From contig CAZVQB010000001.1 of assembly GCA_964629235.1 (NCBI GenBank), positions 4,431 to 68,430 of the forward strand: 64,000 nucleotides of DNA. The letters are read 5' to 3'. Source of the DNA: an uncultured Candidatus Saccharibacteria bacterium (GTDB lineage Bacteria > Patescibacteriota > Minisyncoccia > Phycocordibacterales > PALSA-1337). The notes under the pieces are model-generated. The model ran no database searches, was not told the origin of the DNA, and worked only from the letters and a program-made list of their open reading frames with translations. This document shows, one piece after another, positions 1 through 9,683 of the stretch (within the stretch, counting starts at the first letter, position 1; every line of letters begins with the position of its first letter). The translations under genes were made by a program, and so were the position numbers.

Positions 1-57
1 AACGATCTAAAATAAGCCTATCATTGTTATTAAACAAAGCAAGTGTCGTGTTAGACT

Positions 58-498
58 TTGTATATGCGAGGTTACAATCTAGATAATTTAGTAAAAAAAT
101 ACTTTAAAGTCAGGGTAAGGGTAGTGAGAAGGCGAATAAGGATAAAAAATAAAAAAGGAAGTAAAAGTGAATATTTAAAATATAAAAACCAAGCTCTAAA
201 ATTGGTCAGAAATAAATTGGAGCATTTTAATAAATCTTATAATTTTAAATACAATAAAGTCACAGTAAGAAATCAAAGCACTAGATGGGGAAGTTGCTCA
301 AAAAGTGGAAATTTAAATTTTAACTATAAACTTTCTTTGCTACCAGAGAATCTTGTTGATTATGTTGTTGTGCACGAACTTTGTCATCTTGGTGAATTCA
401 ATCATTCAAAAAATTTCTGGGATTTGGTCGCAAGAGCGGTGCCAGATTATAAAGAGAGAAGGCAAGAGTTGAGAATAAAATCTATCAATTTATCCTAA
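58..498 (+). CDS. YgjP/DUF45-like metal-dependent hydrolase (HExxH motif VHELCHL)
   Basis: 146 aa ORF whose C-terminal region carries the WGSC...HELCHL zinc-hydrolase motif typical of the YgjP/M48-like family. Confidence 0.55.
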   Translation: MYMRGYNLDNLVKKYFKVRVRVVRRRIRIKNKKGSKSEYLKYKNQALKLVRNKLEHFNKSYNFKYNKVTVRNQSTRWGSCSKSGNLNFNYKLSLLPENLVDYVVVHELCHLGEFNHSKNFWDLVARAVPDYKERRQELRIKSINLS

Positions 499-1390
499 AC
501 TTACCTCCAATTTCTTTTATCATTCCATTTATTTCAAGAATGGATATAGTCTCATTTACTATCTGTGCTTTTAAACCAGTTTTTAATATTAGTGATTCAT
601 GATTCAAAGCTTCTATTTGTAAAAACTCCACAATCATTCTCTCTTCACTGTTTAAATTTATTAATAATTCTTTTTGTATTGGTTTTGACTCCGATGATTT
701 TATTCCAAGCATCTCCAGTATATCTTCTGAACATGTTATCGGTATTGCCCCTTCTCGTATCAATTTATTTGTTTCAATAGACAGTGGCGAAGTTATCTCA
801 CCAGGTAAAGCGCCTACATTTTTATTATAATCAAGAGCGAGTCTTGAGGTTATAAGTGTACCTGATTTTATTTTTGCTTCTATTATTATTACGGATTCAG
901 ATATTCCAGCCATGAGCCTGTTACGTCTAGGGAATGTCCATTCAAAAGCTGGCATAGTGTTGTCATATTCTGATATAAGACCTCCACCAGAATACAGTAT
1001 TTCTTTTGCCAAATCTCTATGTTTGTCTGGATAAAGAACACTCTCGTCCAAACCCGATCCTGGGAAAGCTATAGTCTGTAAACCTGCTTCTATAGCTGAT
1101 CTATGAGCTATACCATCTATACCTATAGCCAATCCTGACACTATACATATATTGTATCCTTTTAAGCCCAAAATAAGCTCTCTGACAGCTTGTTCACCAT
1201 AACTTGAATGTCTACGTGAACCAACAATACAGACTATTTTTGAATTCTTATTCGGTAGGCTACCTTTAATATAAAGTCTTTGGGGAGGTTCAGGTATTTG
1301 GGTAAGTTGAAAAGGGATTTCATCACCTTTTAATATTCGTATTTCATAATCATTCATAAATACAATGTAGCAAAGACTTATGAAATCCAA
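485..1390 (-). CDS. dprA: DNA processing protein DprA (Smf)
   Basis: 301 aa. Rossmann-like core with GSRRHS...GIDGIAHRSAIEAG motifs characteristic of DprA. Its 3-prime end overlaps the convergent YgjP-like gene by 14 bp. Confidence 0.7.
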   Translation of the reverse strand: MDFISLCYIVFMNDYEIRILKGDEIPFQLTQIPEPPQRLYIKGSLPNKNSKIVCIVGSRRHSSYGEQAVRELILGLKGYNICIVSGLAIGIDGIAHRSAIEAGLQTIAFPGSGLDESVLYPDKHRDLAKEILYSGGGLISEYDNTMPAFEWTFPRRNRLMAGISESVIIIEAKIKSGTLITSRLALDYNKNVGALPGEITSPLSIETNKLIREGAIPITCSEDILEMLGIKSSESKPIQKELLINLNSEERMIVEFLQIEALNHESLILKTGLKAQIVNETISILEINGMIKEIGGKFRIN

Positions 1391-1511
1391 ATAAAATTTT
1401 TGTAATTTTCAATTATGATTTCTTCATATTTCCACATGATATACATTGACTTTCTTTTATATAATTTCTTTGTTTTTTATAGACTTTCCAGTATAGACAT
1501 TTTCTGTTATT

Positions 1512-2780
1512 ATGTCTTTTATGTTAGATATTAAATTCATTCGAGAAAATAAAGAGATTGTACAACTTGGTGCCAAGAAGAAACATGTTGATATTAATAT
1601 CGATGAATTGATTTCGCTTGATGATAAAAGAAAAGAACTTCTTTCACAGATTGAAAAAAAGAGAGCTGAACAAAATGCTATAAGTGAAAAGATTCCATCT
1701 GCTTCTCCAGAAGATAGACAAAAGATGATTGATAGTATGAAAGTTGTAAAGGAATCTTTGCAAAAAGACGAAGAGTCTCTAAAGGAAATGATGAAAACAT
1801 GGCATGAAGCAATGCTACGAGTACCTAACGTTCCAGATATGACTGTTCCAGAGGGTGATAGTGATGCAGATAATAAAGAGGTAAAAGTTTGGGGTGAAAA
1901 GCCAGTTTTTAACTTTGAACCAAAAGACCATGTTGAAATAATGGAAAAGCTAAAAATGCTTGATATTGAACGTGGTACAAAAGTTCATGGTTTCCGAGGA
2001 TATTTCCTTACTGGTGAAGGAGCAAGACTTTCTTTTGCAATTTGGAACTATGCTATGGATTTCTTTTCTAGTAAAAAGTTCATACCAGTTATAGCTCCAT
2101 CAATAGTTAGAAAAATAAATCTATACGGTACAGGACATCTTCCTGGAGATATGGAAGATTTCTATACAACTCAAGATGGCGATGTTCTATCAGGAACTGC
2201 AGAAGTTGCTCTTATGGCAATGCATAGTGATGAAGTCCTTGATTCAAATAGTCTACCAATACGATACCTGGGTTTTTCTCCGTGTTATAGAAGAGAAGCG
2301 GGCGCGCATAGTAAAGATGTAAAAGGCCTTATTCGAGTTCATGAATTCTACAAACTTGAACAGTTGATCCTATCTGAAGCGAGCCATGAGACAAGTGTTG
2401 CTTTGCATGAAGAATTGAATAGAAATACTGAGGAATTCATAGAGTCACTAGGTATTCCGTATCATACAGTTCTAAACTGTGGAGGCGATCTTGGTTTGGG
2501 GCAAGTAAAGAAATACGACGTAGAACTTTGGGTTCCAAAGGAGAATAAATATAGAGAGATTTCTTCAGCATCATATTTTCATGATTTTCAGACTCGAAGA
2601 TTCAATACAAGATACAAGGACAAAGATGGTAAATTGCGCTATGCTCATTCATTGAACTGTACAGCTATTCCAACTCCAAGAATCCTTGTTTCTCTTGTCG
2701 AGAATTATCAACAAGCGGATGGATCAATAAAAATTCCTGAAGTTCTACACAAATATTTTGGCAAAGAGTTTATAAAATAA
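1512..2780 (+). CDS. serS: seryl-tRNA synthetase
   Basis: 422 aa class II aaRS with an N-terminal coiled-coil arm and conserved SerRS motifs (FRGYFLTGEGARL, GFSPCYRREAG). Confidence 0.9.
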   Translation: MSFMLDIKFIRENKEIVQLGAKKKHVDINIDELISLDDKRKELLSQIEKKRAEQNAISEKIPSASPEDRQKMIDSMKVVKESLQKDEESLKEMMKTWHEAMLRVPNVPDMTVPEGDSDADNKEVKVWGEKPVFNFEPKDHVEIMEKLKMLDIERGTKVHGFRGYFLTGEGARLSFAIWNYAMDFFSSKKFIPVIAPSIVRKINLYGTGHLPGDMEDFYTTQDGDVLSGTAEVALMAMHSDEVLDSNSLPIRYLGFSPCYRREAGAHSKDVKGLIRVHEFYKLEQLILSEASHETSVALHEELNRNTEEFIESLGIPYHTVLNCGGDLGLGQVKKYDVELWVPKENKYREISSASYFHDFQTRRFNTRYKDKDGKLRYAHSLNCTAIPTPRILVSLVENYQQADGSIKIPEVLHKYFGKEFIK

Positions 2781-2790
2781 TATTTTCTTC

Positions 2791-3627
2791 ATGAAGATAG
2801 GACGTTTGAGTACCTTACAATCAGCAAAGTATTTACAAAAGAAAAAAAAGCAAAGAATATTAACTATCACTATTTATTCTATCGCTTCGCTTATTGTAAT
2901 ACTTGCTATTCTTTTTTCTTTTAAACTATCATTTTTAAGAATCACAAATATTAGTGTAAATGATACATTAAACATCGAATCAGAAGAGATAAAAAATGAT
3001 GTTCTCGATATGATTTCTGGGAATTATTTTTTCTTTATTCCTAAAGATAGCTATTTCTTTTTATCTAAAGAAAAAATAAAAAATAAAATTGTAGACGATT
3101 TTAAAAAGATCAATACTATAGAAATAAAGAATAAAGGAATAACAGGCTTAGAAATAGAAATTACTGAAAGGCAACCTGAGGTTATGATTTGTGATGGATT
3201 TAGAGAAGATGAAGAAGGGGAACACTGCTCTTTTGCTGATAAGCAAGGAATAATTTTTGAAAAAGTGGCTACTAGTTCTGATAAGATTTATTTTAAATAT
3301 TATTCAAGTAATGAAATAAATCAAGATAAATTCATTCAATTACAAAACTTTGTTAAAAATGTAGAAAATTCAGGTATAATAGCTACAGGATTGCTTTTGA
3401 GTGAGGATGGTAGCTATGAATTGTATATAAAAAATGTAGACCAAAGTACTGCTGTCGTCTATTTTGACGATAGGACTAGTCTAGATAAAGTAGTTTCAAA
3501 TCTCTCTGTTTTTTGGAAAAATTCGCTAAATAAAAAAATAGGTTCGGATTTAATACCGAATTTTGAGTATATCAATCTACGTTTTGGTAACAACATTTTC
3601 TACCATATTAAGAATAATAAGGAATGA
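2791..3627 (+). CDS. FtsQ/DivIB-like cell division protein (single N-terminal TM + POTRA-like region)
   Basis: An N-terminal basic stretch and TM helix are followed by an ITNISVNDTLNIESEEI...IEITERQPEVMI segment resembling the FtsQ POTRA domain. The call is weak. Confidence 0.4.
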   Translation: MKIGRLSTLQSAKYLQKKKKQRILTITIYSIASLIVILAILFSFKLSFLRITNISVNDTLNIESEEIKNDVLDMISGNYFFFIPKDSYFFLSKEKIKNKIVDDFKKINTIEIKNKGITGLEIEITERQPEVMICDGFREDEEGEHCSFADKQGIIFEKVATSSDKIYFKYYSSNEINQDKFIQLQNFVKNVENSGIIATGLLLSEDGSYELYIKNVDQSTAVVYFDDRTSLDKVVSNLSVFWKNSLNKKIGSDLIPNFEYINLRFGNNIFYHIKNNKE

Positions 3628-4637
3628 TAAAAGTCTACTACTCGATGTTAAAAGCTTGTATTTGCGGAGCTATTATTGCTTTCGCTTTTATTTTCTTGCA
3701 GGACTATTTATCAAAAAATTTTGGTAAAAATACAATAAAAGTATCTAATTCAAAAACAGTTAATGAATCTCAGTTGGCATTGGCTACGATACCACATACA
3801 GCAATTCTTGAAGAAGCCGATCAAGATCCATCTTTTGTATCTAGATTTTCCCGTGTTTTTATCTATTCTGCTGATAATGGTAAAGAAGTTATAGAAAGTG
3901 CAAAAACCTCTTTAGCAAGAACAACTACTGCACGGAAAATTTCAGCGAAATCTTATGTAGTAATCGATCTAGATCGAAACGCGATTTTGCTTGAAAAGAA
4001 TCCTGAAAAGGCTTTGCCGATCGCTTCAATCACTAAGCTTGTAACAGCAGTCGTGGTGAAAAAACTCCTTAATCAAGATGAAACAATTACTATAACTAGT
4101 AGAGCTCTACTTACTTATGGTAATGAAGCATGGCTTAAGGAAGGCGAAAAATTAAAAGTTAGCGAATTAATGTACCCACTACTTATGGTATCAAGTAATG
4201 ATGCATCTGAAGCTTTAGCAGGTTCATATAAAAAGGGCAGAAAAGAATTCATTAAAGAAATGAATAATTGGGTAAATAGTATTGGAGCATATAGAACGTA
4301 TTTTGATGACCCGTCTGGGCTTTCAAATAAAAATGTTTCAACATCAAAAGATATTTCTATAATAATAAAATGGATTATAGAAAATGAACCAGATATTTTT
4401 AAAATTACTGCTCAGAAATCAAAATCAATACGATTCCATACTTGGACAAACCCGACTCATTTCCTAAACTTATCATCATATGCTGGTGGAAAAAATGGAT
4501 ATACTTTTGAGGCGAATAGAACAAGTGTTGCATTGTTCAAATTAGGTAAAGCAAATAAGCTTTATGGAATAATTTTACTTGGTAGTTCAAATAGAGATAG
4601 TGATATATTGGATTTGCTAGAAGAGGCTTTGAGGTAG
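3624..4637 (+). CDS. D-alanyl-D-alanine carboxypeptidase (peptidase S11, PBP5-like)
   Basis: SxxK motif (ASITK), SxN motif (VSSND) and KTG-like region. The start overlaps the upstream gene by 4 nt. Confidence 0.65.
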   Translation: MIKVYYSMLKACICGAIIAFAFIFLQDYLSKNFGKNTIKVSNSKTVNESQLALATIPHTAILEEADQDPSFVSRFSRVFIYSADNGKEVIESAKTSLARTTTARKISAKSYVVIDLDRNAILLEKNPEKALPIASITKLVTAVVVKKLLNQDETITITSRALLTYGNEAWLKEGEKLKVSELMYPLLMVSSNDASEALAGSYKKGRKEFIKEMNNWVNSIGAYRTYFDDPSGLSNKNVSTSKDISIIIKWIIENEPDIFKITAQKSKSIRFHTWTNPTHFLNLSSYAGGKNGYTFEANRTSVALFKLGKANKLYGIILLGSSNRDSDILDLLEEALR

Positions 4638-4650
4638 TAGTATTCAATAC

Positions 4651-5634
4651 ATGTCAAAAAGTGTTAATAAACAGAGTTCAAATCTATGGGAAAAGCTCAA
4701 AAAACCCATATTTGTCATAGCTCCTATGGCAAATGTGACAGATACAGCATTCCGCTCAATGTTTGCAAAATACGGCAAACCAGACGTTATGTGGACTGAA
4801 TTCGTATCAGCAGATGGGCTATGTTCTCCTGGTAAGAAAATGCTTTTGCGTGATCTAGAATATTCTGAGAATGAGAGACCAATAGTTGCTCAACTTTTTA
4901 CTGGTCATCCAGACAAGATGTTTGAAGCTGCGAAGCTAGTCGAGAGTCTTGGTTTTGATGGTGTAGATATAAACATGGGTTGTCCTGATAGAGCAGTAGA
5001 GAAACAGGGTTCAGGTGCTGGTCATATAAAAGATCCAGAAAATGCAAAAAAAGTTTTGGAAGCAGCAAGAGCAGGTGCACCGAATATTCCAATATCTATT
5101 AAGACAAGAATTGGTTATAACAAAGTTGAGATTGATACTTGGATTAGATTTCTTTTGGAACAAAAGTTACCAGCTTTAACAGTTCATCTAAGAACAAGAA
5201 AAGAAATGTCAGATGTTCCTGCACATTGGGAGCTTATGAATAAAATTGTTAAATTAAGAGATGAGATTTCACCAAAGACATTGATAATAGGGAATGGAGA
5301 TGTATTGAGTATCGAGCATGGTAAAAAGTTAATAGAAGAAACAGGTTGTGATGGTGTTATGGTTGGCCGTGGAATATTCGGGAATCCTTGGTTTTTTTCT
5401 GGAAAAGTTTTGGCAGACATTTCACCCAAAGATCGATTAAACGTGATGCTTGAACATGCAAAAGCTTTTGATAAAAAACTAGGTGATGTGAAGAATTTTG
5501 CAATAATGAAAAAACATTTTAAAGCTTATGTTTCAGGGTGGGATGGGGCAAAAGAATTGCGAGTAAAACTCATGGAGACAGAAAATATACAAGATGTGGA
5601 TAAAGTAGTTAAAGAATACTTGAAAAATATTTAA
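4651..5634 (+). CDS. dus: tRNA-dihydrouridine synthase
   Basis: Dus family motifs FVIAPMANVTD and VDINMGCP in a TIM-barrel FMN enzyme; 327 aa. Confidence 0.8.
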   Translation: MSKSVNKQSSNLWEKLKKPIFVIAPMANVTDTAFRSMFAKYGKPDVMWTEFVSADGLCSPGKKMLLRDLEYSENERPIVAQLFTGHPDKMFEAAKLVESLGFDGVDINMGCPDRAVEKQGSGAGHIKDPENAKKVLEAARAGAPNIPISIKTRIGYNKVEIDTWIRFLLEQKLPALTVHLRTRKEMSDVPAHWELMNKIVKLRDEISPKTLIIGNGDVLSIEHGKKLIEETGCDGVMVGRGIFGNPWFFSGKVLADISPKDRLNVMLEHAKAFDKKLGDVKNFAIMKKHFKAYVSGWDGAKELRVKLMETENIQDVDKVVKEYLKNI

Positions 5635-5639
5635 TGCGG

Positions 5640-6106
5640 GTGTAATCTTTTAGAAGATTAATCATCACATCGTCTATGTGATGCTGTACCTCTGGTTCAG
5701 TTAGCTCGATAGCTATTGATCGTCAACCGAGAATCCTTAACAAAGGACAATAGGTGAAAACAAATCAATACTGCGTGGCATATCATGGCTCCCCGCCATC
5801 GTGTCACGTTCTCTCCCGCCGATTCGTGTTCCCCTGCGTTCCCCTCGCCACCTCGTGAAGGTTTGGTTCGACGGCTTCTTGGAAGCCTCGCGACAAACTA
5901 TGAGTAGTGCCAACTACTCAGGCTGATGATAGAGAAAACAAAGGATATAGTTCTCAACTAGATGAGATAATGGATGTATTGGCAAATACATAGCGCTAGC
6001 CTGCTTTAGCTTAAAAAATAGCCTGTTTTTTAAAAATAAAGTTTTGTTGATGAAGATTAGTGCTCATCGTCTCTATCGCACCCTCCAAGTGGAGGGTGCT
6101 TTTTTA
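5640..6106 (+). ncRNA. GC-elevated structured ncRNA candidate upstream of dnaX (class unresolved: tmRNA/RNase P/SRP-like)
   Basis: About 460 nt with no credible ORF and much higher GC than the flanks, with C-rich/G-rich tracts (ctcccgcc, tcccctgcgttcccctcgccacc). A GGTTCGACGG motif is present. The element ends in a strong intrinsic terminator (gcaccctcc-aagt-ggagggtgc + T6) at 6078-6106, immediately 5-prime of dnaX. Confidence 0.35.
6078..6106 (+). terminator. intrinsic terminator (9-bp GC stem + T-run)
   Basis: gcaccctccaagtggagggtgctttttt. Confidence 0.75.
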
Positions 6107-6118
6107 TTTATGATATAA

Positions 6119-7201
6119 TTGATGTATTATATTTCAGTTATGTCAGACAAAAATTCTACAAATCCAAAATCCTCTTCAGTTTTATATAGGAAATACAGAC
6201 CATACAATTGGTCTGACGTTGTTGGGCAAGATCATATAATATCTGTTTTAGAGAATTCTATTAAACTTGATAAGATCGCTCACGCATATCTTTTTTCTGG
6301 TAGTAGAGGCACGGGTAAGACCTCTATTGCTCGTATATTCGCTCGTGCACTTGGTGTAAGTGACAATGATGTATATGAGATGGATGCAGCTTCAAATCGC
6401 GGTATAGACGATATACGAGAGATTCGTGATGGTGTAAGTGTTCTACCTTTTGAATCAAAATATAAAGTCTATATCATAGATGAAGTACACATGCTTACAA
6501 AAGAAGCATTCAATGCTTTGTTAAAGACTTTGGAAGAACCTCCAGCACATGCGATTTTTATCCTAGCTACAACTGAGACTGATAAAATTCCTGAGACGGT
6601 TCTTTCTCGATGTCAGATTTTTAGTTTTAAAAAGCCGAATAGGGAAGTATTAAAGACTTTGGTAAATAAAATAGCTAAGAAAGAAGGATTCACTATAGAT
6701 ACTGGTGTTGCTGATCTTATCGGTTTACTTGGAGATGGATCTTTTAGAGATACTTTGGGAATATTACAAAAAGTTATAAGTTCATCTTCTGATAAAAAGA
6801 TTTCAATGAAGGAAGTTGAAGAGATAACTGGAGCTCCAAGAGGGGAGTTGGTAAATAATTTTATATCTTCGCTAGCTTATGGTGATAAGGATCAAGCTTT
6901 TTCAATAATATTAAAAGTAAAAGAAGCAAATATTTCAATAAAGACATTTATTTCATTGATTCTAGAAAAAATTAGAATAATTTTAATTCTAAAGAATGTA
7001 AATTCTATATCATCAGTTGAATCGTTGAAACAGAGTGTATCAGAAGATGATTGGGTTATTTTGGAAAAGATTTCAAAAGATGAAAAAAGTAAAGTAGGAT
7101 TAAGTATGCTAAGAGAATTGTTGAAGGCTTATGATTTGACTTCCTATTCTTATATTGAGACTTTGCCTCTAGAAATAGCTATTGTTGACATAGTTTTATA
7201 G
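6119..7201 (+). CDS. dnaX: DNA polymerase III subunit gamma/tau (short form)
   Basis: AAA+ clamp-loader motifs (GSRGTGKTSIARIFARAL, SRC motif LSRCQIF); only 360 aa. Confidence 0.85.
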   Translation: MMYYISVMSDKNSTNPKSSSVLYRKYRPYNWSDVVGQDHIISVLENSIKLDKIAHAYLFSGSRGTGKTSIARIFARALGVSDNDVYEMDAASNRGIDDIREIRDGVSVLPFESKYKVYIIDEVHMLTKEAFNALLKTLEEPPAHAIFILATTETDKIPETVLSRCQIFSFKKPNREVLKTLVNKIAKKEGFTIDTGVADLIGLLGDGSFRDTLGILQKVISSSSDKKISMKEVEEITGAPRGELVNNFISSLAYGDKDQAFSIILKVKEANISIKTFISLILEKIRIILILKNVNSISSVESLKQSVSEDDWVILEKISKDEKSKVGLSMLRELLKAYDLTSYSYIETLPLEIAIVDIVL

Positions 7202-7204
7202 CGT

Positions 7205-7428
7205 GATACTATTCTGTGGACGGGTTCCTTAAATATTATGAAGCATATTATCATTGCTCGGCGTATCGGAGGAAAGCCGGAGAGAGTCGTGAGGTTGATC
7301 GAGATTTCGACACCCCCACCGAACAACGCAGTCGTGATCAATGACCACTGGAAACACAGGGTCATTCGACAAGGCACATAAGAGTCGCCAAACAGCCCTG
7401 TACGTACTATACGTACAGGGTCTTTTTT
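7205..7428 (+). ncRNA. structured ncRNA candidate downstream of dnaX (contains GAGGAAAGCCGGAG; class unresolved)
   Basis: About 220 nt GC-elevated ORF-less segment. It ends in an intrinsic terminator (ccctgtacgta-ctat-acgtacaggg + T-run, 7396-7428). Its motif tcGGAGGAAAGcCGGag resembles the RNase P P4 strand GAGGAAAGUCCGG and SRP domain IV purine-rich motifs, but the element is too short for a typical RNase P RNA. Confidence 0.3.
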
Positions 7429-7439
7429 CCACAATTTTA

Positions 7440-7695
7440 TTTGAAATCAGATTTGGGTTGTGATAATCTAGATTTTGGCTAGTTAATGACTCAAACCTAT
7501 GAATAAAGGTACCGTATTGCATCACCGAATCGGTCAAACCGATTCAATGCGCAAAAACAGGCGGAAGAAGGGATATACTCTTCCTGTCGGAATCAGACGT
7601 CATATGAGGAAGAGTTCTGAGGAAGGAGGTGAACACAAGTAGTGTTTGAAGAGTTCATCGTTCAATCCCCGAGTACATGTACTCGGGGATTTTGT
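7440..7695 (+). ncRNA. second possible small RNA / leader with its own terminator
   Basis: Purine-rich repeats (ggaagaaggg, gaggaagag, gaggaaggagg) are followed by a hairpin atccccgagtacatgtactcggggat + TTTGT at 7665-7695. No convincing ORF is present. Confidence 0.2.
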
Positions 7696-7736
7696 ATACT
7701 TGAGTTTATCTCGTTTTTAATGTATTTTAATAGTAT

Positions 7737-7810
7737 TGCGGGATCGTATAATGGTAGTACAGCGGCCTTTGAAGCCGTGAATCTTGGTTCGATTCCAAGT
7801 CCCGCAGCCA
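7737..7810 (+). tRNA. tRNA-Gln (anticodon TTG)
   Basis: Manual fold: acceptor TGCGGGA/TCCCGCA (7/7 pairs), anticodon stem-loop GCGGC-CTTTGAA-GCCGT with anticodon TTG, T-arm CTTGG-TTCGATT-CCAAG, encoded CCA. Total length 74 nt. Confidence 0.85.
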
Positions 7811-7916
7811 ACATGAGCTAGCTCAAAGATAGCTAGTTTACAAACAAAAACACCTCTTAAATTTGAAAGGCGTTTTTGTTGTTTTATATTGCAACAAAAT
7901 ATGCCATAATCTTTAT

Positions 7917-8090
7917 ATGAAAGATGGTGTCAAAAAGCTGGGAGAAAATATCAAAAAATTTAGGATCAAAAAAGATGTTAGCTAAACAGAACTTGCTCGT
8001 GTGTTGAGCGTTGTTTGATCTTTTGTGAGTAATATCGAGATTATATTGATGATGCAATTAGAGCTAGTTGCTAAGCTATGCAGACTTAAA
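7917..8090 (+). pseudogene. decayed XRE-family HTH regulator gene (in-frame TAA and TGA)
   Basis: Translation gives MKDGVKKLGENIKKFRIKKDVS*TELARVLSVV*SFVSNIEI..LELVAKLCRLK. This matches the XRE/Cro-C1 HTH pattern (..LSQ.ELA..LGVSRS.IS.IE.G....LE.L.KL...L) but is interrupted by two stop codons. Confidence 0.55.
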
Positions 8091-8146
8091 TTTTTATTTC
8101 ATACTCGTGCTAGTAAAAATACTATTTTCTGATAATATCATGGGTA

Positions 8147-8662
8147 ATGAATAAACCATTATTTACTAATGAATATATAGGAAACGCTGGTGTTAAATAT
8201 GTTTTCAAATACTACGATTCAGATAATTTTGACCATTTACCAAAAGACAGAATAAAGCAATCCTACGCTGTAGCTTTTTATAAAGACAAATTTCTAGTTG
8301 TTAATAATATAAAAAATCCTAAACAGCAATACGGGCTAATTGGAGGTAGTGTTGAAGAGGGGGAAGATCCAAATGAAACTTTAATCCGAGAAATTATGGA
8401 AGAATCAAGGATGAAAGTCTTAGAATATAAGTTAATTGGTTATCAAAAGGTGATTGATACTCGAGGAATTCAAAAAGATTTTTATCAACTAAGATATTTT
8501 GCAAGAGTTGAACCTGATGGTTTTTTTATTTCTGATCCTGCAGGTTGTGTTACAGAGATTATTGAGTGCACAAAAGATGACTATAAAAAATATTTTGATT
8601 GGGGTGAGATAGGTGATTATATAATTAAAAGAGCATATGAAATTAAACAACCATCAGCATAA
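8147..8662 (+). CDS. NUDIX hydrolase
   Basis: Nudix box GGSVEEGEDPNETLIREIMEESRM matches GX5EX7REUXEEXGU. Confidence 0.65.
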   Translation: MNKPLFTNEYIGNAGVKYVFKYYDSDNFDHLPKDRIKQSYAVAFYKDKFLVVNNIKNPKQQYGLIGGSVEEGEDPNETLIREIMEESRMKVLEYKLIGYQKVIDTRGIQKDFYQLRYFARVEPDGFFISDPAGCVTEIIECTKDDYKKYFDWGEIGDYIIKRAYEIKQPSA

Positions 8663-9683
8663 TTATTTGATTTCTACTTTTGATGGTTTGGGCGATGGAG
8701 TTATTTACTATCCAATTATTAGGTCTGTTGCAGAAGGCAATCCACGAAATCTATTTTATTGTGCGACAAACTTATTTTTTTCTGATAAAGACATATTAGA
8801 AAAACTAGACTTACCAAAAAATATCAAATTCGTTACTGAAGAATTTAGAAAGTTTCCAGAAGAAAACTATAATTATATATTAAACTTTTTATCTGAAAAT
8901 AATATAAAAAAAATAATAAATTTGAGATTTATCGGTAGAGATTTTGAAAAAGGCTACTTCAAATTCAAAGATCATGCAGAATCTAATAATCTAGATTTAA
9001 ATTTTTATGATAGTGAAAATATTTCTTTTTTTGAGAGCAACCATAACGCTCGGTCTGTGGTTTTAAAGATATTTGAAAATACCCTCGGTGGTGAAATTAA
9101 ATACAATGAATTTATACTGAAAACTATTTTCCCAGTATCTGATGATTCCGATGCTATTTTTATAAATATGCACTCAAGAGGCGATTTTAAATTATGGAAT
9201 ATCAATAAATGGTCTGAAGTTATCTCATCAATGGTTTTTTATGGTAAGAAGGTTTATGTTTATGACGGTTATGATGAAAAGGAAAAGGAATATACACGAA
9301 AAGTATTTGATAACTTAAGCCAAATCGTGAAAGGTAAAATTAATCTTTTGGTTGATAGTAATTTATTAGATTTGATATCTACTCTACAAAAGGCCAAATT
9401 GTTAATCTCAGTTGATTCTGGATTAATACATTTGGCTGATGCTGTCGGAGTCGAGTCTATAGGTATTTATCTAACCACCTCTCCTAGAATGTGGGGAGGT
9501 GTAACTGAAAAATTTCATTTTGTACAAAGTCTCCACATGAGAAATTGCAAAAAATTCTATAAACAATTTGGTATGTGTATGAATGGTAAGAAAAAATGCG
9601 AAGAGATTGAGGGTGAGAGTGACGATATAGACATTCATGAAATTTTTAATATAGTTAATAATATCTATGAAAAAGAAAATTAA
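8637..9683 (+). CDS. glycosyltransferase family 9 (heptosyltransferase-like)
   Basis: C-terminal motif LISVDSGLIHLADAVGVESIGIY matches the GT9 DSGpmHlAaAlg signature. Confidence 0.6.
   Translation: MKLNNHQHNYLISTFDGLGDGVIYYPIIRSVAEGNPRNLFYCATNLFFSDKDILEKLDLPKNIKFVTEEFRKFPEENYNYILNFLSENNIKKIINLRFIGRDFEKGYFKFKDHAESNNLDLNFYDSENISFFESNHNARSVVLKIFENTLGGEIKYNEFILKTIFPVSDDSDAIFINMHSRGDFKLWNINKWSEVISSMVFYGKKVYVYDGYDEKEKEYTRKVFDNLSQIVKGKINLLVDSNLLDLISTLQKAKLLISVDSGLIHLADAVGVESIGIYLTTSPRMWGGVTEKFHFVQSLHMRNCKKFYKQFGMCMNGKKKCEEIEGESDDIDIHEIFNIVNNIYEKEN

Noticed and set aside
5640-6106. Tried to assign this element as canonical tmRNA (GGTTCGACGG box, triple stop tga-tga-tag after a possible tag frame).
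   Set aside because: There is no 5-prime GGGG acceptor start and no 3-prime T-arm/CCA. The putative tag would end ...ANYSG rather than a hydrophobic A/L-rich tail. It is left as an unclassified ncRNA candidate.
7205-7428. RNase P RNA assignment based on GAGGAAAGcCGG resembling the P4 strand.
   Set aside because: The element is only ~220 nt. The complementary P4 strand (ACAGAAxCCGGCUUA) is not evident. A covariance model search is needed.
7150-7537. Minus-strand ORFs 7150..7434 and 7229..7537 across the post-dnaX region.
   Set aside because: They overlap the terminator hairpins and the GC-rich structured region. There is no RBS and no motifs. They are considered by-products of an ORF-less RNA locus.
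7917-8132. The in-frame TGA in the XRE-like gene could indicate UGA recoding (genetic code 25) as in some CPR lineages.
   Set aside because: The same frame also contains an in-frame TAA. In addition, many conserved genes in the window (the ClpP-like gene, serS, dnaK neighbours) terminate at TGA and give full-length proteins under code 11. The XRE gene is therefore treated as a pseudogene.
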